Virus record (IMG/VR): IMGVR_UViG_3300025881_000985
Location: 130,557 to 194,556 of that record
Strand: one strand, 5' to 3'
Origin: a virus
DNA: 64,000 bases
Every line of letters begins with the position of its first letter. Positions within the stretch are counted from its first letter, which is position 1. Positions 18,573 to 27,875 of the stretch are shown in pieces. Both the position numbers and the translations under genes were made by a program. The notes below the pieces were generated by a model. That model was not told the DNA's origin and searched no databases. It saw only the letters and a program-made list of their open reading frames with translations.

Positions 18573-19194
18573 CAATAACCTTTGCTATTCTTTTGTGTCC
18601 AAGTTCTAAAGGATGACCTCCAGGACCTTTAACACAATTTCCTTGCCATTCTAGTATGCCGTCTTTAGGCCAACCAACAAAGAATCTTTTATCAATTTCT
18701 CTAAACTGAGCTTCAAGAAGTTGATAGTATTCGTCATAGTAACCTTGTAAACCAGCTACATTATACATTAGATAACGTTGATTACGATTTAGTAAAAATC
18801 CTTGCAATGCAATTATCTGATTAAACTGTTTTCGAAATCCCCAAGCGATATCATAACTATACTTATAATAGTCTGTTATCCAGTCTGGTTCTTTTTGTGT
18901 TCGAGCACGAATTGACATGAACTGCGAAGGTTCTGTATTTGGTAAATCAAGTGCTTCAAAACGACTTTGTTCCGGCCAACTTATTAATACTAAATCAAAT
19001 GTTTCGTTGATTAAAGTTTCAATTGTTGTTCTAAAAACATAATCAGAACTAGCACCGCAAAGTCCTAGATTAACTACTTCGTCAAAGCCCAATAAGTTTT
19101 TCATTAGATATGGGTAGGCATCAACTTCTCTATTAGGAAGTTCATCTCCATATGTAAAACTATCACCAACGGTTAATAATCTACGTTTACTCAT
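18538..19194 (-). CDS. SGNH/GDSL hydrolase-like protein
   Basis: TVGDSFTYG, NLGLCGAS, GHPLELGH. Confidence 0.75.
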   Translation of the reverse strand: MSKRRLLTVGDSFTYGDELPNREVDAYPYLMKNLLGFDEVVNLGLCGASSDYVFRTTIETLINETFDLVLISWPEQSRFEALDLPNTEPSQFMSIRARTQKEPDWITDYYKYSYDIAWGFRKQFNQIIALQGFLLNRNQRYLMYNVAGLQGYYDEYYQLLEAQFREIDKRFFVGWPKDGILEWQGNCVKGPGGHPLELGHKRIAKVIDEYIRNISWIS

Positions 19195-19295
19195 TTATAG
19201 ATAAACGGATCCCGTTTGCGTAATTCTTTAAGTTTTTTGCGATATGCAATCTCTAATTTCACACGGTTAATTAAACTCTTAAACCATTTGATCAT
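19191..19295 (-). CDS. 34-aa basic micro-ORF, not in ORF track
   Basis: MIKWFKSLINRVKLEIAYRKKLKELRKRDPFIYK. AGGAG SD at 19303-19307. ATGA overlap with the next gene. Confidence 0.75.
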   Translation of the reverse strand: MIKWFKSLINRVKLEIAYRKKLKELRKRDPFIYK

Positions 19296-20061
19296 TGAAA
19301 AACTCCTGCATTAGGTTTGCGGCTGATTTATGTGCATCTTCTAAGGGGTGTGTAGTGCCTACCTTGTATTTATTCTCTAGTGCCCACTGGTAAAAACCTC
19401 TAGGGTTCTGAGTTTCACCATTCTTTGTTCCTTCTGGAAACCAAAACCATTTGTTCATATCTATTAGATTGTACAAAGTTTTGATTGACACATCGGCATT
19501 TTCTATTGTATAATTGTATAATATACAGTTGTCAGCACAGGTAAACATGTAGGGAATACTATTAGATTTTAAGTAGTTTTGTAAGTACACTATTTCTTTT
19601 AGTGTGCTATATATTTCCCAGTATTCACTGCTACCAACATGTTTATAGAATGTTTGAGCAAAGCCAGCAACACCTGTCTCGTTTGCTCTTTTAATAGTAT
19701 CTTGTTGAGCCGTTAGAATACCATCATCTTGGGTATGGAACTCTTTTTCAATTGAAGATAAGTCACTTTCAATTGTCCACGAGTTAATTGAATACCAATG
19801 CCCTGTACGTTGTTTGGTATCGTAATTGAAACGAAACTCATAGCGTCCTGGAAATGTCCAACTAACTATAGCAAACTTATCTTTTGTTAATGACTCTAAT
19901 GCATTAATTGTTTGTCTAGCGATTGCTTCGTTGCTATTGCCAGGTGTTGCTACATTTATATAATTGGTATATTGTTGACTAACCAACTTTGTAAAATTAT
20001 TATCAGAGTGTTCTAGTTCACTTCCTGCAACAAAACTATCACCCCCGGCTACTATAATCAT
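19279..20061 (-). CDS. SGNH/GDSL hydrolase-like protein
   Basis: AGGDSFVAG, NVATPGNSN, THPLEDAH. Confidence 0.75.
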   Translation of the reverse strand: MIIVAGGDSFVAGSELEHSDNNFTKLVSQQYTNYINVATPGNSNEAIARQTINALESLTKDKFAIVSWTFPGRYEFRFNYDTKQRTGHWYSINSWTIESDLSSIEKEFHTQDDGILTAQQDTIKRANETGVAGFAQTFYKHVGSSEYWEIYSTLKEIVYLQNYLKSNSIPYMFTCADNCILYNYTIENADVSIKTLYNLIDMNKWFWFPEGTKNGETQNPRGFYQWALENKYKVGTTHPLEDAHKSAANLMQEFFNDQMV

Positions 20062-21112
20062 AACCTGGTTTTAACCTTTCAATTTGTACGTCATAATAAT
20101 CCTTGTCTGTCCAGCAATAATCAAAATCACATGAAGCCTCAAGTGTTTCAATTTTTACAATGTCTAAGTGTTCGCCAATGATCTCCCACACTGTTTCAGG
20201 ATTGTCTGTACCAAAACTACCTACTAGATCAACTTGTCCAACTGAATGATATCCATAGTTGTATTGTGTGTCATTGTGATTAAAACCATTACGCTCTAAC
20301 CAATCTGCATATTCATCCATTCGTTGCTTGTGCCACGGATATTCACCAGCATAGGTAATATCACGTGACCATTCAATGTCAAACTCGCCACTGTAGTAAC
20401 GCAAATGAGTAATCTCTTCACACATTGCGTCTGTTAAATCAGGTGCGCCTTCATCAACGAACACTTCATATAATGTTTTTCCTACTTGAGTCCAGTGTTG
20501 GTAAACAGTACCAAAGGTACGATCATATCTTTCCTTGTTGAATGTCCGCTTATGCTCGTCGGGATAATCAAATCTAGGAGCATTTAAAAATGTTGTGATC
20601 TGAGACGGACGCATCCACTGCGGTGCCTCAATTTGTTTCTTCTGGCTCAGCATTAATGATTCTGCTTCGTGACACAAATTGTTTAACTGTCTAATAGCAA
20701 ACTTAGTTTCGTGATTTGCTTTTTTATACCAGTCACTCAATCCCCATGCACTACCTTGTAGTACTTCAAAATGATTATGCAATCTGTTCATAATATCCTG
20801 ATTTGGGTTCATGCCATCTCTCAATGTTTTTGGTGTAAATATTTCTCTTATTATATACTCCTTGTTAAAAAAATCATTGATAGTATTTTTGACCCACTGT
20901 AACTCTTTACATATGAAGTTAATATCTCTAGCAGTATTAGGAAAACCCAAGAATAAAAAGTTCTTTTCTAAGTAGGAATCATTTATTAATAATCCATTTA
21001 ATGCACCTAGCCAGTTACGTCCCATTATAGTTTGCTCAACGTCAATATGAAAATCAACTGTTTTACTTTTGTTAACTGGATTTCTTAATACTACTTTAAC
21101 TTCTCGTGTCAT
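20039..21112 (-). CDS. Unknown 357-aa protein inside the cluster
   Basis: Long ORF, ATGA-coupled to the upstream radical SAM gene. No motif recognised. Confidence 0.7.
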   Translation of the reverse strand: MTREVKVVLRNPVNKSKTVDFHIDVEQTIMGRNWLGALNGLLINDSYLEKNFLFLGFPNTARDINFICKELQWVKNTINDFFNKEYIIREIFTPKTLRDGMNPNQDIMNRLHNHFEVLQGSAWGLSDWYKKANHETKFAIRQLNNLCHEAESLMLSQKKQIEAPQWMRPSQITTFLNAPRFDYPDEHKRTFNKERYDRTFGTVYQHWTQVGKTLYEVFVDEGAPDLTDAMCEEITHLRYYSGEFDIEWSRDITYAGEYPWHKQRMDEYADWLERNGFNHNDTQYNYGYHSVGQVDLVGSFGTDNPETVWEIIGEHLDIVKIETLEASCDFDYCWTDKDYYDVQIERLKPGYDYSSRG

Positions 21113-22407
21113 ATTTCTAACCACCAATCTAATATATCATGCCGTGAAGATAGAATATCTGTCATCGTCAGATCTTGTGTTCTAATTTGTTCTAATTTTA
21201 ATATACGTGCTTTGCCTTTTTGTAGTCCTGCTTCATACTGATCTGGCCATTGTTCTGCAAATGTTGGTCTATTCTTTAGTTGTACTAGCACATCTTTTAA
21301 CGCACCATCAACTGAAGGAATAAGTTCATCTAACCATTTATCCAACAGGTTACGAGGCAATGCCAATGGCGACATTACAATGTCAGGACTAAAACTAAAG
21401 ATTACTTTAGCAAGTATTCCTACACCTAATCTTTTTGCGAGTTCTTGTATTTTTTGGACTTCAAAGAGTCCTGGTAAGGTAAGAGTGAAGTCAATACGAA
21501 TTTGGCGCGAGTGGTTGCTGACCTCAACTCCTTTATTGAAGTTTTCAAGCCACTGGTCAAAATTGAGACCTGTTCGAATATACTCTCCAATTCGTCCCGT
21601 GCCATCGAGGCTTGCACATATTTGCCAATCACGTAGCCTAGCCAAAATATCAGTATAAAGATTAGTGCCAGAATAACTAATCCTAGATAAGTTAGTGTTA
21701 TATCTTGCATAAACATTTGGTCCATCTCCTAGCTCTATAATTCTCTTCATATACCTCCAATGCTGTTCATACATTAAAGGTTCGCCACCTACCCAGTAGA
21801 CTTCTTCTACGCGGTGACTTTCAACTGCTTCAGCAAACTCCTGTTCTATCTGAGTTGACTGAAATTTTTCTATTTGTTTTTTGAGATTAGGTCGCATCCA
21901 GTTGTTCTTAGGATCTTCCCAATTTATCATATTATGCTTACGTTGCTCGGCTTCCCAACTTGAACTGAGCATATCACCACACATACGACATTTGAAGTTG
22001 CATAGGTTTGAAAACCTATAATCCCAACTAACTGGCTTTAAACGGGTCGTACCATCAGGATCGGTGTGATCCCATATACTATCATATTTATGTCCAAATA
22101 GGTTATTAAAATAACTTCTGTAAACATCTGTGTTTAATAACTTGTTAGTACAAACTTCACATTCACTAAGTTCTTCACCAGACATCATTCTACGCCTAAC
22201 ACTTTTCATGTGTTCGCTGTTCCAGTGTTCGTCTAGTGTGGTAGGTTTATATTCACCTGTTCCTGAGTCTGTATCAATATACTGCTCAAAGTTCTGTGCT
22301 GGTTCTCTACTAGCACAACAAAGTCTGCGTTCTGTTTGCGGACTTAGGTAGGTATGTGTCCACGGAGCCATACACAAATTTTCAGGTTTTTTGTCTGGTT
22401 TTATCAT
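21109..22407 (-). CDS. Radical SAM protein with N-terminal SPASM/twitch-like domain (type A)
   Basis: CNFKCRMC, GGEP. N-terminal CMAPW...LCC...CEVC. Confidence 0.9.
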   Translation of the reverse strand: MIKPDKKPENLCMAPWTHTYLSPQTERRLCCASREPAQNFEQYIDTDSGTGEYKPTTLDEHWNSEHMKSVRRRMMSGEELSECEVCTNKLLNTDVYRSYFNNLFGHKYDSIWDHTDPDGTTRLKPVSWDYRFSNLCNFKCRMCGDMLSSSWEAEQRKHNMINWEDPKNNWMRPNLKKQIEKFQSTQIEQEFAEAVESHRVEEVYWVGGEPLMYEQHWRYMKRIIELGDGPNVYARYNTNLSRISYSGTNLYTDILARLRDWQICASLDGTGRIGEYIRTGLNFDQWLENFNKGVEVSNHSRQIRIDFTLTLPGLFEVQKIQELAKRLGVGILAKVIFSFSPDIVMSPLALPRNLLDKWLDELIPSVDGALKDVLVQLKNRPTFAEQWPDQYEAGLQKGKARILKLEQIRTQDLTMTDILSSRHDILDWWLEI

Positions 22408-22408
22408 A

Positions 22409-22918
22409 TTAAAAATTTACATATAAAGATTTTCGAATAACATTGTTAGGAACTTTACCTTTCATGCCGTGTTGTATTGTGTGCGAATTTAATAACATTA
22501 GTCCAGTATTTACTTCATAGTCAACTTCGTACTTGATATCATTTTCATACCAGTAAGTACCCATTGATTCACTGTTACTTTCTTCTCCTAAGTACAACAT
22601 AATAATATTACAAACACTATTAGGATCATCAGTATGCATTGCGTTTTCATAGCCAGCATGATCAAACCATATTTCAACACCACGCACCTTTTGCTTGTCA
22701 ATATCAAGGCTAGAAAATCTACCTGCTATTTCATTGCGTACAATACTATCACGATCAATATCTAACCACCACAACTCTCTGTAGCCTCCAAGATGCCATG
22801 TTTCAGTAATAGGGTCAAATTGCGTTGTATGATTAAACAACTTATTTTTAACACCATTGGGGATATTGTGTTTTAACTTGTATCCGTTTGTGGATATTTG
22901 TTGTACCTCACGTATCAC
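22409..22918 (-). CDS. 2OG-Fe(II) oxygenase-like protein
   Basis: HTD...HG facial triad, GT motif, distal RKS. Confidence 0.65.
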   Translation of the reverse strand: MIREVQQISTNGYKLKHNIPNGVKNKLFNHTTQFDPITETWHLGGYRELWWLDIDRDSIVRNEIAGRFSSLDIDKQKVRGVEIWFDHAGYENAMHTDDPNSVCNIIMLYLGEESNSESMGTYWYENDIKYEVDYEVNTGLMLLNSHTIQHGMKGKVPNNVIRKSLYVNF

Positions 22919-24131
22919 TGTAACCCATTGCCTTTGCTATTTGTGTATGTGTTTCTAAAAAGTTTTCTTTACGATATGTATCTGTTTGTTTCATTAATCT
23001 AACAAAGTCTTTACCATTACTGCTAGGTCCATTGTCAATAAACTTTATTAGTTTATCAATTTCATTTTTATCGTGTGGATGAAATTGATCTTGTTTTAAA
23101 CGATTGGTTACTATTTGTTTTGCTTCTATTGTCATTTCACCAATGTTTTGGTGGCGCGGATCATGTAACATATTAAAGTGATGATAATCAAAGTCCTGTG
23201 TACGCATCCAGTCACATAAATCTTTCAAGTAGTAGACATTCTGAATATTTACAGTTAAACAAATCTGTAACTTAATATTGTTATTCTGATCACGCAAGTC
23301 TCTAAAACGTTTTATATTTTCGCATACTTCGTCCCAGCGAGCTCCAAAACGTTCGTACTCAAATCGTTTGCCTACGTTATCAATACTAAATGCAATCTCA
23401 ACATACTTAAACTCTTTCCATAAATGTACAAACTCTTCTGGATATTGTGTGCCGTTGGTATTGTAATGTATTTCAATATCTTTTGCAAAGCCGCCGTCAA
23501 CTGCTTGTTGTAGCAATTGAAAGTGTTCTTTGATCATAAAAGGTTCACCACCTGTAAACTCAAAGTATTTTATGTTAGGCAGTAAGTCAATCATGTTCTC
23601 CCAAAATACTTCAGACTCACGAGGCCACTTGCCATCTTTAAGCCACTTGTATGCAATATGATCCTTGGCATTTCTATTTTTGTATTTGCGTATATAATCA
23701 ATTTCTTCTCTTGCCCATTTACTGCTTGACCAACTTCCACATATACGACATTTAAGATTACAAATGTTTCCAAGTTTTAGATCAATAAACCATAAACTGT
23801 CAGGATTGGTGTCAGAAAAATCTATCAACGGGCGTTCATGTTTGAAACGCACATCTGTGTTCATGCGTTTGCTTGTGCGTCCTGCATCTTCTTCATCCCA
23901 ACAGCGACTACATGTTTTAGGTTTTTCTCCACGCAAAAACTGTTCACGTAAATCAACCATGTATTCGCTTTTATATATTTCTTCAAGTGTATTTTCTCGT
24001 AGTGCATACTTTGTACCATCTGGTTTTGTAATTTCGTCCATTGCTAAACAACAAGGTCGACTGGTACCCATTGGTGTTGTTTCCATACTAACCCAAGGTA
24101 ACATACATATTGTCTTGGAATTATTATCCAC
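22908..24131 (-). CDS. Radical SAM protein with N-terminal SPASM/twitch-like domain (type A)
   Basis: CNLKCRIC, GGEP. N-terminal CMLPW...PCC...CSRC. Confidence 0.9.
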   Translation of the reverse strand: MDNNSKTICMLPWVSMETTPMGTSRPCCLAMDEITKPDGTKYALRENTLEEIYKSEYMVDLREQFLRGEKPKTCSRCWDEEDAGRTSKRMNTDVRFKHERPLIDFSDTNPDSLWFIDLKLGNICNLKCRICGSWSSSKWAREEIDYIRKYKNRNAKDHIAYKWLKDGKWPRESEVFWENMIDLLPNIKYFEFTGGEPFMIKEHFQLLQQAVDGGFAKDIEIHYNTNGTQYPEEFVHLWKEFKYVEIAFSIDNVGKRFEYERFGARWDEVCENIKRFRDLRDQNNNIKLQICLTVNIQNVYYLKDLCDWMRTQDFDYHHFNMLHDPRHQNIGEMTIEAKQIVTNRLKQDQFHPHDKNEIDKLIKFIDNGPSSNGKDFVRLMKQTDTYRKENFLETHTQIAKAMGYSDT

Positions 24132-25449
24132 GTGCCGACTCCAACTCCGGAAATGTTTTCCAAAAATCTTCGTTGCGTATGCGATCTAACTTTGTAATTT
24201 CTTCTTCAAACCTTGGCCATTCTTTTGATCCATCGTTGCTCATCATAAAGTTAATAGCACTTTCAAATCCTGTTGTTGCTCTACGTAACTTATCTTGTGG
24301 ATCTAACCATTCAATGTGTTTGCGATATGCAGGTTCAATAACTTCTTTTTTAAACTTCTCTGGAAAAATATCAATACGATACCATTCAGGACTTTGACAA
24401 ATATTAACATTAAAATCCTGTGGTTGAATAAACCCTTTTTCAACCCAGTCTTTGTGAAAGTCTAGTACATGTAAAACGTTTTGACTAGTGACTGTAGCAC
24501 TAACATAAAAGTCAACATGTGGCACTTCAGCCATCATACGTACTCTGTTTTCTTCAGTCTGTTTCCAATCTGCACCTTTGCGTATTAGCTCTGCTTGTGG
24601 ACCCATGCCATCAAGACTAGCACCAACATTTACTGTTTTAAACTGTTTCCAATAATCAAATACATGCTTTTTCTTGTAACGCATTTCACTAAAGTTTGTA
24701 TTGTATACCAAACGCACATCAGTCTTGCCTAGTTCAATTAAACGCTCAAGCAAGTAATAATGCTCCTTCATAATCAAAGGTTCACCACCTGCAAAATATA
24801 CTTGTTCTAAATACGGAATATGTTCTTCCATTTGATTCAGCATTCCGTCTTCATCGCCAGTTGTGTACTCTACTCTGGCCATGTCTCTTTTAAGCACATC
24901 AGGTACTCTTCCGTACAGTTTTACATGATCGTTGAACCAGTTACTGCTAAAAATAGGACCACAAGAACGGCATTTAAAGTTACATAGGTTACTGAAGCGT
25001 ATATCCCAATAACGCAACTTAAACTCAGGATGTTCGCCATCTTCTGTTGTTTGATTTACTTCTTCGATCAAATGTCCGTAGTTTCTATTAGCATCATTTC
25101 GCATACTAAAGAAACCGTTTTGTTCTTGTTCATAGCATTTAGTACATTCTTTACATGGCTTGTCTTCAAGCATGTTTTTACGCATTGTTTTATACGCATC
25201 TTGATTCCATACTTCACGCATTGTGTCTTTGCGTAAGTCTCCAATTGGATGCCAGTAATCACCTAAACAACAAGGATACACTCTACCATCTGGAAAGGCA
25301 TGCATGTGAACCCAAGGCAACATACAAAAGTTATCCTCTTTGACAAGTCTGCTAAGTTGCTTGTCTGTTAAATCTTCAGGCTTGACAAAGTGCGGAGTTC
25401 TTTCGTTATAATCATATTTTTCATAAAAGTCTTTTTTACTTGAGTCCAT
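24124..25449 (-). CDS. Radical SAM protein with N-terminal SPASM/twitch-like domain (type A)
   Basis: CNFKCRSC, GGEP. N-terminal CMLPW...PCC...CKECTKC. Confidence 0.9.
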   Translation of the reverse strand: MDSSKKDFYEKYDYNERTPHFVKPEDLTDKQLSRLVKEDNFCMLPWVHMHAFPDGRVYPCCLGDYWHPIGDLRKDTMREVWNQDAYKTMRKNMLEDKPCKECTKCYEQEQNGFFSMRNDANRNYGHLIEEVNQTTEDGEHPEFKLRYWDIRFSNLCNFKCRSCGPIFSSNWFNDHVKLYGRVPDVLKRDMARVEYTTGDEDGMLNQMEEHIPYLEQVYFAGGEPLIMKEHYYLLERLIELGKTDVRLVYNTNFSEMRYKKKHVFDYWKQFKTVNVGASLDGMGPQAELIRKGADWKQTEENRVRMMAEVPHVDFYVSATVTSQNVLHVLDFHKDWVEKGFIQPQDFNVNICQSPEWYRIDIFPEKFKKEVIEPAYRKHIEWLDPQDKLRRATTGFESAINFMMSNDGSKEWPRFEEEITKLDRIRNEDFWKTFPELESARG

Positions 25450-26791
25450 TGTACCACTCCGCTAAGGTTGGAAACGTAGCGGTAAAGTCTTTACCTCTGC
25501 GTTGGTCGTATTGTGAATAAAATTGTTTAAAATCGTTGTGAAGTTTAGGCATTTCAAATGTTTCTCTATGTGGAGTTTTAACAACATCTAAGTAATCAAT
25601 TAAACGCTGTACATGATTAATTTCGTGTTCATGTAACATTGCATGGTTACGAAAATTAGATAACCAATCTTGTAATCTTTGCTTGTGATGTTCCCTAATC
25701 TCGTCAGGTAACACAAGAGGTGATTGGAAACTTGGAAAGCGTAAAATATTGAGTGTAAAGTTTGGAAAGTCTCTGCCAAACTTTGATTTCCATTCTAGCA
25801 TCCACGTTAAGAACTCAGGTAAACTTTCTAAGCATAATGCATTAATGGTATTCATTACATGCAATCCTCGTAGTTTACCACTTCGTATCAGTAGCTCTAC
25901 GTTTGCTGTCCATTGTTTCCATTCTAATCCATCACGTATATATTCGGCTTGTAGACCCATACTCTCGTTGCTGGTATATAAGTCTAATTCAAGATGTTCT
26001 GCCGCATCAAGCAATTTCTCAACTTTTTCGCTTTCAAATCCCAAGTTGCTGTTAATAGCAATTCGAGTTTTTGACTTACCTTTGTTTTCTTTAAACCAAT
26101 CAAACAGGTCCCATGTGTGACCGCTCATCAACGGCTCTCCGCCAGTGATACGTAATTCTTGTAATGTTTCGTGCAAGTCACTTTCCCACCATTTGAAAAA
26201 TGCTTCAACGTATGGGTTGGTTTCGGAATACTTGTACAAACTTGCTTCGTTGTGTTCATGTGTAAAGTGATTACGACCATCGCTTTCTAGACCGGCATAT
26301 GCTCCATTCTTTTTAATATCTTTAACCCATGTAGTACTGAACGCTGGGTTACAATAACTACATGCAAACTGACAAGTTCTATCAAAAGCAATTTCAAGTG
26401 TACGCAAGTTAACATCATCTTCCGGAGGTGTATTGTATGCATCTTGTAATAATTTGTCACTGTAGATTACACTTTTGTAAACTCTATCACTGATATTATC
26501 TCGTTTAATATCTTCAATCTTCCAGCAGTATTCGCAACCTTTGGGCCTTACACCTGTGAGCATATCAGCACGATCTTGTTTCTTTTGTGAACTGTTGTGC
26601 AATGCTCTTGGATTAAATTTAACTTCATCAACATCAACTTTGTGTGCTGGTGGATGATGACAACTTGTAGTCATACCACTGCCTAACCATATAGTAGCAT
26701 TATACCATTTGGCTCCACAAAAACTTGCACTCTTTGGATCAAGAATTCTTTTTCTAAATTCTAAATCTGTTTCATTAACTAACTTAGGCAA
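25436..26791 (-). CDS. Radical SAM protein with N-terminal Cys/His domain (type B)
   Basis: CQFACSYC, GGEP. N-terminal CGAKW...SCHHPP...CEYCW. Confidence 0.9.
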   Translation of the reverse strand: MPKLVNETDLEFRKRILDPKSASFCGAKWYNATIWLGSGMTTSCHHPPAHKVDVDEVKFNPRALHNSSQKKQDRADMLTGVRPKGCEYCWKIEDIKRDNISDRVYKSVIYSDKLLQDAYNTPPEDDVNLRTLEIAFDRTCQFACSYCNPAFSTTWVKDIKKNGAYAGLESDGRNHFTHEHNEASLYKYSETNPYVEAFFKWWESDLHETLQELRITGGEPLMSGHTWDLFDWFKENKGKSKTRIAINSNLGFESEKVEKLLDAAEHLELDLYTSNESMGLQAEYIRDGLEWKQWTANVELLIRSGKLRGLHVMNTINALCLESLPEFLTWMLEWKSKFGRDFPNFTLNILRFPSFQSPLVLPDEIREHHKQRLQDWLSNFRNHAMLHEHEINHVQRLIDYLDVVKTPHRETFEMPKLHNDFKQFYSQYDQRRGKDFTATFPTLAEWYNGLK

Positions 26792-27875
26792 AGTGTTCCT
26801 CCATTTCGGATATATAGTTTACTATCTTTGTGCCACGATGTCTATCTCTAATAGTAATCATATCTAAAAATTCTTTCCAGTTTTCTTCATTGGAGTTATC
26901 CAATGTATTGATAATTCCTTCTAAACCATTTTGTGCTTCGTAGTCAACAGCACGAAGTCTATCTTGTGCAAGTTGAGCTAATTCTTTTGGCAAACATACA
27001 GGTGCCAGATAATGAGGCTTTGTTAATATATCAAACTGTACAAAAAGCTCTTCCTGTTCAGCCCACTCTAATAATCTATCAATATATAATACATTTAAAT
27101 TTTGTACGACTGTGTTTACAAAAATATTAGCATCGGGTATTTGACGCATCAACTCTATATTATTAGTTATAACATTCCATTTACTTGGATATCTTATGTA
27201 ATGATTAAGTTCTGCATATCCGTCAATACTTAAACACATCTTAATGTCGTGTGCTGACAATACATCAACCCAACTTTGATCAAATTTAGTTCCATTTGTT
27301 GCAATCATTATTTCTTTACGTTGTGTCAATGATGAAAGAATATCGCGAACCCAAGGCAACATAAACGGTTCGCCTCCTCTTAGAATAAAACTATCACAGT
27401 GTTCCATTATTTCAAGTATCTTGTAATTGTCTTTTTCATTCCAATCGTATTTCTTCTGATCCCATACCTTGTCAAACAGTTTGTTTTCTTCAACTAAAAA
27501 TTGACTACTAGATTGCGGATTACACATCAAGCATTTCAAGTTACATAAATTTGATAACTGTATTTCCCAATCCAGTGGCTGTTCTGTTTGTTCTGTTATG
27601 TCACTCCAACGTTCATTGCTGTACTGTCGAAAACTTTTTGATCCTTGCTCCTCTTGTTTATAACAACGAACACATTCATCACTGTGTTCATTGTTCTTTA
27701 TACGCTTTCTTAGATCATTGAGATAATCGCTATTCCACCACTCGTCAACAGAGTGTGTTTTCATATTAAAATCTGTTGTAACAAAACTACGACAACAAGG
27801 CATAAAACGTCCTTGGGTGTCTACTAGACTATGCATAAACGGACGCACACAAAATTTATCGTTATCTTTGAGCAT
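26784..27875 (-). CDS. Radical SAM protein with N-terminal SPASM/twitch-like domain (type A)
   Basis: CNLKCLMC, GGEP. N-terminal CVRPF...PCC...CVRC. Confidence 0.9.
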   Translation of the reverse strand: MLKDNDKFCVRPFMHSLVDTQGRFMPCCRSFVTTDFNMKTHSVDEWWNSDYLNDLRKRIKNNEHSDECVRCYKQEEQGSKSFRQYSNERWSDITEQTEQPLDWEIQLSNLCNLKCLMCNPQSSSQFLVEENKLFDKVWDQKKYDWNEKDNYKILEIMEHCDSFILRGGEPFMLPWVRDILSSLTQRKEIMIATNGTKFDQSWVDVLSAHDIKMCLSIDGYAELNHYIRYPSKWNVITNNIELMRQIPDANIFVNTVVQNLNVLYIDRLLEWAEQEELFVQFDILTKPHYLAPVCLPKELAQLAQDRLRAVDYEAQNGLEGIINTLDNSNEENWKEFLDMITIRDRHRGTKIVNYISEMEEHFA

